Shown here piece after piece: positions 56,926 through 64,000 of a DNA stretch of 64,000 nucleotides. The DNA is from Candidatus Roizmanbacteria bacterium GW2011_GWC1_37_12 (lineage in GTDB: Bacteria; Patescibacteriota; Microgenomatia; UBA1406; GWC2-37-13): contig LBST01000006.1 in NCBI GenBank assembly GCA_000991135.1, positions 46,663-110,662 of the forward strand, written 5' to 3'. Every line of letters begins with the position of its first letter. Position 1 is the first letter of the stretch. The translations under genes were made by a program, and so were the position numbers. The notes beneath the pieces were generated by a model, which saw only the letters and a list, made by a program, of their open reading frames with translations, was not told the origin of the DNA and searched no databases.

Positions 56926-58776
56926 ATGGCCAATAATAAAAACCAAAAAATAAAAATAAAAGAGTTCAAATTTAACTTCAATCTAAGAAATGTTTTTTTT
57001 GTCATCTTTGTTTTCCTTTTTCTTGCTTATATCTATCGATCAGTCGGCTCTCAAATAAAACAAGTCCTTCCGGAAAAACCATTGACAACTATCGTTCAAG
57101 AAGTCAAACAAGGCAGGATTAAAAAAGTCGACGTCATCGACAACAGAATAATTGCCTATTATAAAGATGACAAATTGGCCGTCACTTTTAAAGAAAACAG
57201 CGAAAGCTTTACCAAAATCCTTCAAGACAATAAAATAAATCTTAATTCGATCGAGGTGAACGTCAAAGACACCCAGTCCTCAACGGGTTTAGCCAATATA
57301 TTGAGTAATCTACTGCCAACGATATTGATGGTTGCTTTTTTCATCTTTCTCTTTCGCCAAGCCAAAGGAGCTCAAGACTCTGTCTTTTCTTTTGGGCAAT
57401 CGAGGGCGAAAAGATTTGTTAAGTCGCTGACAAAGACAAAATTTACCGATGTTGCCGGTGTTGATGAAGCCAAAAAAGAACTCGAAGAAATCGTTGATTT
57501 TTTAAAGAACCCGGAAAAATATAAAAAATTGGGGGCCCGTACTCCAAAGGGCGTGCTTTTGGTTGGCCCTTCTGGTTGTGGAAAAACTCTTTTGGCCAAA
57601 GCCGTCGCCGGCGAAGCCAATGTACCTTTTTTCTCGATTGCCGGAAGTGAATTTATGGAGATGTTGGTCGGAATTGGCGCAGCGAGAGTCCGCGATCTTT
57701 TTGACAATGCCAAAAAAAACTCTCCGGCAATTATTTTTATTGACGAAATCGACGCCATCGGTCGAGCCCGATCAGCCGGCGTCATGCCCGCCCACGACGA
57801 AAGAGAACAAACCCTAAATCAGATTCTTGTTGAGATGGATGGTTTTACTCCGACTGAACAAGTAGTCGTCATTGCCGCCACCAACCGCGGTGACCTTCTT
57901 GACTCTGCTTTGCTTCGACCCGGTCGTTTTGACCGAAGAATTATTGTTGATTTCCCCGACCTTGAAGGCAGGAAAGCAATTGCTAAAATTCACTCCCGTG
58001 GAAAACCGTTTGATGAATCGGTTAATTGGGATAAAGTCGCCAAACGAACCGTCGGATATTCTGGAGCTGATTTGGAAAATATGTTAAATGAAGCAGCTAT
58101 TTCGGCCGCTAGAGCAACTCGACTAAAAATCAATATGGAAGATATTGAAGATGCCGCTACTAAAGTAAAATTGGGTCCGGAGAAAAAACGGCTTCAGTCT
58201 GATTTGGATAAAAAACTGACTGCCTATCATGAGGCCGGCCACGCCGTTGTTTCTCATTTTCTTCCTCACACCGACCCGGTCCACCGGATTTCCATAGTTT
58301 CCCGAGGAATGGCTTTGGGTTATACCTTGATTCCTCCTGCGAAAGACAAGCTTCACGAAACAAAAACCCATCTATTGGAAAGAATTTCTGTCATGATGGG
58401 AGGAAGAGCTGCCGAACAAGTTATCTTTGACGAGGTGACAACTGGAGCTGCCAATGATTTTGATCAAGCAACTATGATCGCCAAGGCTATGGTTGTTGAA
58501 TATGGAATGAGTGATTTGGGACCGATAAACTATGGTCCGACCATGGATATCACCGAGTGGGGAAAGAGTTATTTTGAACAATCTTCTATTTCCCAGGAAA
58601 TGATGGCAAAAATCGACGCCGAAGTAAAAAAAATTATTACCCTTTGTTTTGAAAAGGCCGCCAACATTATAAAAACAAATAAAGAAATTTTAGATAAAGT
58701 TGCCGAACAGTTGCTCAAGAAAGAAAGTTTGGATCAAGATGAGTTTGAGAAAATCGTTGGCAAAAAGGAAAAATGA
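56926..58776 (+). CDS. ftsH: ATP-dependent zinc metalloprotease FtsH
   Basis: 2 [27 protein letters not shown]. Confidence 0.97.
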   Translation: MANNKNQKIKIKEFKFNFNLRNVFFVIFVFLFLAYIYRSVGSQIKQVLPEKPLTTIVQEVKQGRIKKVDVIDNRIIAYYKDDKLAVTFKENSESFTKILQDNKINLNSIEVNVKDTQSSTGLANILSNLLPTILMVAFFIFLFRQAKGAQDSVFSFGQSRAKRFVKSLTKTKFTDVAGVDEAKKELEEIVDFLKNPEKYKKLGARTPKGVLLVGPSGCGKTLLAKAVAGEANVPFFSIAGSEFMEMLVGIGAARVRDLFDNAKKNSPAIIFIDEIDAIGRARSAGVMPAHDEREQTLNQILVEMDGFTPTEQVVVIAATNRGDLLDSALLRPGRFDRRIIVDFPDLEGRKAIAKIHSRGKPFDESVNWDKVAKRTVGYSGADLENMLNEAAISAARATRLKINMEDIEDAATKVKLGPEKKRLQSDLDKKLTAYHEAGHAVVSHFLPHTDPVHRISIVSRGMALGYTLIPPAKDKLHETKTHLLERISVMMGGRAAEQVIFDEVTTGAANDFDQATMIAKAMVVEYGMSDLGPINYGPTMDITEWGKSYFEQSSISQEMMAKIDAEVKKIITLCFEKAANIIKTNKEILDKVAEQLLKKESLDQDEFEKIVGKKEK

Positions 58777-59687
58777 ACACTCTCTTACTTATAGATGGTA
58801 ACGCCATAATGCATCGCGCCTATCATGCTCTGCCTCCATTTAAAGCTGCGGATGGAACGCCAACCAATGTTGTTTATGGTTATCTTTCAATGCTCAATAA
58901 AGTCGTCGACGATTTTAAACCTGATTACTTAATTTCTTGTTTTGACACACCCAAACCTACCTTTCGAAATAAAGTTTTTAAAGACTATCAAATCCAAAGA
59001 CCAAAAATCGATGACGAATTTATTGTCCAGATCCCCTTGGTTAAACAAGCGCTTGATGAGGCCGGAATTATCAGGCTGGAAAAGGACGGATTTGAGGCCG
59101 ATGATTTAATCGGAACCATTAGCCAAATATTCGACGGAAATAAGTTTAGAGTTATTATCGTCTCCGGGGACAAAGATATTTTTCAACTGATTAACGATAA
59201 CATTTACGTCGCTGCCCCCCAGCTCGGACTTGCCAATATAAAAATTTTTGATAAGACCGAAGTCGAACAGAAACTTGACGTTTCCCCTGCTCAAATCGTC
59301 GATTACAAAGCTTTAGCCGGTGATCCTTCTGATAATTACCCTGGAGCCAAAGGAATCGGTCCAAAAACTGCTGCCAAGTTGATTCATCAATATGGGACAA
59401 TAGACAATATATATAAAAAACTTGATAAAATCGATTCGGAAAAAATTAAAACCATTCTTGAAAACGAAAAAGACAATGTTTTTGTTTCCAAAAAACTGGC
59501 GACGATACTAACGGATGTAGAAATAAGCCTCGATATAGAAAAATCGAAATTTAAAGGGTTTAACGAAAATCTCAAGCAGTTTTTGGAAAAATATCAAATG
59601 AATTCTTTGGTTAAGAGAATTTTTAATGAAAACGAAATAAAAGAAAAGGCAGAAAAACCAAAAAACAATCAAATTGGATTATTTTAA
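58773..59687 (+). CDS. Stand-alone 5'-3' exonuclease (PolI N-terminal/FEN-like)
   Basis: LIDGN..HRAYHA, EADD, SGDKD, GDPSDN.PG..GIG.KTA. Confidence 0.92.
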   Translation: MNTLLLIDGNAIMHRAYHALPPFKAADGTPTNVVYGYLSMLNKVVDDFKPDYLISCFDTPKPTFRNKVFKDYQIQRPKIDDEFIVQIPLVKQALDEAGIIRLEKDGFEADDLIGTISQIFDGNKFRVIIVSGDKDIFQLINDNIYVAAPQLGLANIKIFDKTEVEQKLDVSPAQIVDYKALAGDPSDNYPGAKGIGPKTAAKLIHQYGTIDNIYKKLDKIDSEKIKTILENEKDNVFVSKKLATILTDVEISLDIEKSKFKGFNENLKQFLEKYQMNSLVKRIFNENEIKEKAEKPKNNQIGLF

Positions 59688-59698
59688 CGGCCCCGCCT

Positions 59699-59740
59699 GT
59701 CATCCTGAGGAGTCCCGCTTAGCGGGACGACGAAGGATCT
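59699..59740. repeat. GTCAT-family half element
   Basis: GTCATCCTGAG..GTCCCGC-TTA-GCGGGAC..GAAGGATCT. Confidence 0.65.
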
Positions 59741-59754
59741 GCTATAATTTTTGA

Positions 59755-61551
59755 ATGTGTGGAATTTTTGCTGTTGTTAATGATAAAACTAATAACGCTG
59801 CCCAAACCGTTCTGACCGGATTAAAAAAATTAGAATACCGCGGCTATGATTCCTGGGGAATCGCCATCAAATCTGCCCCTTCCACCTCCGAGGTGGATGG
59901 AGGCCAAAAATTAGTAATTGAGAAACATATTGGCAAAATCGGTGATGCTAAAACTAATCTACCAGCTGGTAACACCGCCATCGGCCACACTCGTTGGGCG
60001 ACACACGGCGGAGTCAGCGACGCCAATGCCCATCCTCACCTCGACTGCACTGGTAAGCTCGCCGTCATCCACAACGGGATTGTCGAAAATTATCTTGAAT
60101 TTAAGGAAGAATTAATTAAAAAGGGCCACCAGTTTTCTTCGGAAACCGATACCGAAATCATCGCCCATTTGGTTGAAGAAAAAATAAAAAGTCAACCGAT
60201 TACCCAAGCCGTATTTACAACTTTCAACTCGCTTATTGGTTCAAACGCTATAGGCGTTATCGACTTTGATTCGGAGACAATCATTGCCTGTCGAAACGGC
60301 TCTCCCCTAGTCGTCGGCGTCGACGAAAAAAACCAACAATACTTTTTGGGGAGCGATGTCCCCGCTTTTCTTAAATACACCAACAAGGTTCACTTCCTTG
60401 ATGATAGCGAAGCTGTTGTTATCACCAAAAAAGGAATAAGACTTTTTGATCTAAAAACAGGAAAAGAGAAAAAGCTTAGCATACAAAACCTTGATTGGAA
60501 GCTTGAAGACGCCGAAAAAGGCGGCTATCCCCATTTTTTGCTGAAAGAAATCATGGAGCAAAAAGAAACCATTGGTAAAACTGCCTCGATCAACGAAAAA
60601 GAAATCAAAGAACTAGCAAAACTTATCAAAGAAGGATATAAAACAATTCTGATCGGTTGCGGCACTGCTTCTTACTGTGCTTTGGCAGGAAAATATTTTT
60701 TAGCTAATGAGGGAATTATTTCACAAAATTATGGAGCTTATGAATATTTACCTTTTTCTAAATTTGCTGATAAAAAAACTTTGGTTATTGCCATTTCCCA
60801 GTCTGGGGAAACCGCCGATACTTTGATTGCAGTACGGGCCGCTAAAAAAAACAGGGCGAAAATCGTCGCTGTTGTCAATGCCCGCGGATCAACCCTCGAG
60901 CGAATGGCAGATATTGTTTTAGCAGTTTCCGCCGGTCCTGAAATAGCCGTTGTTTCCACTAAAGCATTTACTGCTCAATTGGCAACTTTATATTTACTAT
61001 CTAAAGCAGTTGAAAATAAATATGATGAAGGGAAAAAATTAATCAAAAATTTAAGCGAATCCCTAGATCAAATATTTACTGTTCAATCGATTAATCGATT
61101 GATAGATCTTGCAAAAAGCCTAATTGATAAGGAGCACATTTTTGTCATCGGAAAACATCTGAATTTTCCAGCTGCCATGGAATTTGCTCTGAAGATAAAA
61201 GAAACCTCATATCTTCACGCCGAAGCATTTGCCGCCGGCGAACTCAAACACGGAGTCATTACTCTTATCCAGAAAGAGACGCCTTGTTTTGTCTTGGCAT
61301 CGAAAGATGATGTTAAGGGAGAAATTCTTTCGTCAGCTGCTGAACTCAAGGCCCGCGGAGGAAGGATCATCGGCGTTGCTCCTTTTGAAAGCGCCGAATT
61401 TGACGAAGTCATAAAGACGCCTGACCTTGGCAACCTGACAATTTTTGCCAACGTCATCGTTGGTCAATTACTTGGTTATTACCTTGGTATCGGCCGCGGC
61501 GCCGACCCAGATAAACCTCGAAACCTCGCCAAAAGCGTCACAGTAAAATAG
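59755..61551 (+). CDS. glmS: Glutamine--fructose-6-phosphate aminotransferase
   Basis: MCGI, LEYRGYDS, GHTRWATHG, SQSGET, PRNLAKSVTV. Confidence 0.97.
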   Translation: MCGIFAVVNDKTNNAAQTVLTGLKKLEYRGYDSWGIAIKSAPSTSEVDGGQKLVIEKHIGKIGDAKTNLPAGNTAIGHTRWATHGGVSDANAHPHLDCTGKLAVIHNGIVENYLEFKEELIKKGHQFSSETDTEIIAHLVEEKIKSQPITQAVFTTFNSLIGSNAIGVIDFDSETIIACRNGSPLVVGVDEKNQQYFLGSDVPAFLKYTNKVHFLDDSEAVVITKKGIRLFDLKTGKEKKLSIQNLDWKLEDAEKGGYPHFLLKEIMEQKETIGKTASINEKEIKELAKLIKEGYKTILIGCGTASYCALAGKYFLANEGIISQNYGAYEYLPFSKFADKKTLVIAISQSGETADTLIAVRAAKKNRAKIVAVVNARGSTLERMADIVLAVSAGPEIAVVSTKAFTAQLATLYLLSKAVENKYDEGKKLIKNLSESLDQIFTVQSINRLIDLAKSLIDKEHIFVIGKHLNFPAAMEFALKIKETSYLHAEAFAAGELKHGVITLIQKETPCFVLASKDDVKGEILSSAAELKARGGRIIGVAPFESAEFDEVIKTPDLGNLTIFANVIVGQLLGYYLGIGRGADPDKPRNLAKSVTVK

Positions 61552-61565
61552 TAAAATAAAAGAAA

Positions 61566-62153
61566 GTGAAACTCTACGCAAATCTTTCCCGGAAAAAAAT
61601 AATCAGCATTTTGGCGATTCTTTTTATTTTGTTTCAATTGATATTAAACCGTAAATCTATCGATTTTAAATCTTTCTTTGTATCGCCAACTCCTTCACCA
61701 ACATGTACGGGTCAGGCATGCCTGACCCCTACAATTACGCTTTCCACAAAACAACTTATTAGGGTCGTTCGCGTCATTGACGGAGATACAATTGAGATTG
61801 AAGACGGGCAAAAAGTCCGTTACATCGGCATCAACTCTCCAGAACTTCATGACCCCAGGCGGCCGGTCGGGTGCTTTGCTAAACAATCTTATGAAGAAAA
61901 CAAAAAATTAGTGGAAGGCAAGACTATCACAATGGAAAGGGATATTTCCGAGACAGATAAATACAAAAGGCTCCTTCGCTACGTTTGGATAGGCGATGTA
62001 TTAGTCAACGATTATCTCGTTCGTCAAGGCTTTGCTTTAACTTCAACTTTTCCTCCGGATGTCAAATACGAAACGCAATTCCTTGAAGCCGAAACCGAAG
62101 CAAGAGAAAACAATCGCGGTCTTTGGTTTAGTTGCCCATCAAAGCAAAAATAG
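61566..62153 (+). CDS. Thermonuclease (SNase) family protein with N-terminal anchor
   Basis: RVIDGDT, VRYIGI.SPE, DKYKRLLRYV, A.....GLW. Confidence 0.9.
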   Translation: MKLYANLSRKKIISILAILFILFQLILNRKSIDFKSFFVSPTPSPTCTGQACLTPTITLSTKQLIRVVRVIDGDTIEIEDGQKVRYIGINSPELHDPRRPVGCFAKQSYEENKKLVEGKTITMERDISETDKYKRLLRYVWIGDVLVNDYLVRQGFALTSTFPPDVKYETQFLEAETEARENNRGLWFSCPSKQK

Positions 62154-62279
62154 GCGCGAAGATAAGAAGGAAGATAGAATCAAAGATCCATTCTGTTTCC
62201 AATCCGTCAACTAGAGCTTCTGCCATGTTAGTATTAAAACTACTAACACCTGTATTATATTACTATATAGTAAGAAGAG

Positions 62280-63170
62280 TCAACTTTCCTTCGTCACCAA
62301 CCAAGCGCCTGACAAAATCAGGACCAGGCCAATAGCAAGATATATATTCAAGCGCTCTCCAAGAATAAAATAAGACCAAACCAAAGTCGAGGCTGGAAAA
62401 AGATACTGCATCAAAGAGGCGATAAGCGGTGTCCCTCTGTCGATAGCATATTGTTGTAAAAGATAGGCCATTACTGTTCCAATAGTGATTACATAAATCA
62501 CTGGCCACAGAACTGACGTATTCAAATAAAACATTAAGGGTCTAAGCGAAGAAAATTCATAAGGAATAAATATCAAACTTACTAAAGCTGTAGTCAAAAT
62601 AAAATAAATCGTCAACCAAATAGGAGAATAAGTTTTTAAAAATTTTTTAGACAAAACCGTATAGTAAGAATAGCCGATACAACCAACAAAAATTAATATG
62701 TTTCCAAATAGTGCGCCAGGTTCATCGCTAATCTTAATCGCTTTGGAAAAAAGCGGCATCATGATTATTAGATTGACTCCGAGAAAACCGATCATTATCC
62801 CCAATATTTTCTTAAAACTTATTTTTTCTTTTAAACTATAAAAAGACATTAATGCCACTAATATCGGGGTAAAAGAATAGATAATCTGACCAACTGAAGC
62901 CATTGTCAACCTTACACCAAATGCAAAAAGGATAATGTTTCCTGTTTGTAACAAAGATAAGGTGATTAACTTGAAATCATTTTTCTTAAATCTTGGTTTA
63001 ACTCGATATAAAAACAGTGGCAGAATTATTAAAAAAGAAAGAAAGAATCTGACAAAAGTAAAAGTAAAAGAGGGAATTTTCGTCAATGCCAGTTTGACAT
63101 AAGGCGACGTCCCACCGGAAAAAATAACAATAGCCAAAACCGCCAATAAAGCCTTAGTCTTATTATTCAT
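62280..63170 (-). CDS. DMT/EamA family transporter
   Basis: 10 TM in two EamA repeats (LKEK, LGE). Confidence 0.88.
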   Translation of the reverse strand: MNNKTKALLAVLAIVIFSGGTSPYVKLALTKIPSFTFTFVRFFLSFLIILPLFLYRVKPRFKKNDFKLITLSLLQTGNIILFAFGVRLTMASVGQIIYSFTPILVALMSFYSLKEKISFKKILGIMIGFLGVNLIIMMPLFSKAIKISDEPGALFGNILIFVGCIGYSYYTVLSKKFLKTYSPIWLTIYFILTTALVSLIFIPYEFSSLRPLMFYLNTSVLWPVIYVITIGTVMAYLLQQYAIDRGTPLIASLMQYLFPASTLVWSYFILGERLNIYLAIGLVLILSGAWLVTKES

Positions 63171-63171
63171 A

Positions 63172-64000
63172 TCAGTTAGGATAGTGACAGCGTTTGTATT
63201 TCCTTCCGCTTCCGCACCAGCAGGGATCGTTACGTCCGATTTTATGGTGACTGGTTACTAGTGACTGGCTACTGGTTATTGGTTTGCCCGACGACTTGTC
63301 CTCCGTAGGCTTGCCGAAGGAGGAAGCCTTGGCGGAGTCGGGTGATTGGTTATTCTGGCTTTTAAACGGATCAACCTTAGATGCAGAATGCAAAACCATT
63401 TTTGGCTGCTCTTGTTTTTCGGGCGCAATAAATTGCGCCCCTACATCAACCTCAACCTTCAACAACCTTCGCGACACTTCAAAATTAATATCACCAATCA
63501 ATTTTTCAAACATCGAATAAGCCTCGTTTTTGTAAGCCACTAGCGGGTCTATCTGTGCATAACCGCGAAGATTTATCCCCTCCCTTAAATCCTCAATTGC
63601 CGTCAGATGATCCATCCAATACTTGTCAATCGTCGACAAAAAAACAGCCTTGATTATCTCTATCCATAGCTGTTTTCCTAGTTTTTTTTCTCTTGCTTTA
63701 AATTCTTCTCGGACTTTATCTTGAATCAACGTAATTGATTTAGGAGATCGAATCTCCTTTTCCGAAATCGGTAATATTAAATTCACTTCCTGGGCCAGCT
63801 TTTTAATATCTTCCTCTGTTAATCCTGCTTCGGATAATGAATAAGCATTAATTAGACTGCTTATTTCCTCATCAAATACTTCATAAACTGTATCATAAAA
63901 ATTTTTGTCTTCAGATCCGAAAAGGATTTTTTTCCTTAGAGAATAAACGATTTCTCTCTGCTTGTTTAGAACGTCATCGTAGTCAACTAAATGTTTTCTT
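63172..64000 (-). CDS. secA: Protein translocase SecA, C-terminal part (5' truncated by window)
   Basis: YDDVLNKQRE, WMDHL, LRGYAQ.DPL..YK.E, GRNDPCWCGSG.KYK.CH. Confidence 0.95.
   Translation of the reverse strand, partial: RKHLVDYDDVLNKQREIVYSLRKKILFGSEDKNFYDTVYEVFDEEISSLINAYSLSEAGLTEEDIKKLAQEVNLILPISEKEIRSPKSITLIQDKVREEFKAREKKLGKQLWIEIIKAVFLSTIDKYWMDHLTAIEDLREGINLRGYAQIDPLVAYKNEAYSMFEKLIGDINFEVSRRLLKVEVDVGAQFIAPEKQEQPKMVLHSASKVDPFKSQNNQSPDSAKASSFGKPTEDKSSGKPITSSQSLVTSHHKIGRNDPCWCGSGRKYKRCHYPN

Noticed and set aside
565..63543. Numerous short antisense or overlapping ORFs in the six-frame track
   Set aside because: They shadow well-supported genes and show no recognisable motifs

Overview
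AT-rich, gene-dense bacterial chromosome segment. Gene content, a short MetG, near-leaderless promoters and the repeat types suggest a Patescibacteria/CPR (Microgenomates-like) genome; this is an inference, not a database result. The backbone carries murJ, mltG, ftsK, pnp, rpsO, metG, a class A PBP, rarA, a glycosyltransferase cluster, lon, a 2-oxoacid:ferredoxin oxidoreductase, the suf operon, tsaD, a tsaC-tsaE fusion, ftsH, glmS, secA and one tRNA(CAT). Three things stand out. (1) Two parallel amino-acid-sensing modules each have a TrpR-family repressor, a perfect palindromic operator and an unannotated leader peptide with an attenuator. The Trp module holds trpB2 and four odd enzymes next to a YbaK-TrpRS fusion. 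The His module puts a histidine ammonia-lyase, a PLP enzyme, a frameshifted HisRS catalytic-domain paralog and an M20 hydrolase under apparent His-starvation control. (2) Small repeat-associated genes (two RAYT-like Y1 transposases, a GIY-YIG nuclease, a four-helix-bundle protein) have matching palindromes or 7/8-mer arrays inserted in frame in many housekeeping genes. Three of these genes share a conserved ~25-bp promoter-proximal motif. (3) A GNAT/NSAR-OSBS/M20 cluster, resembling D- to L-amino-acid conversion pathways, is led by a divergent class-III PLP enzyme. All functional calls come from motif recognition by eye.
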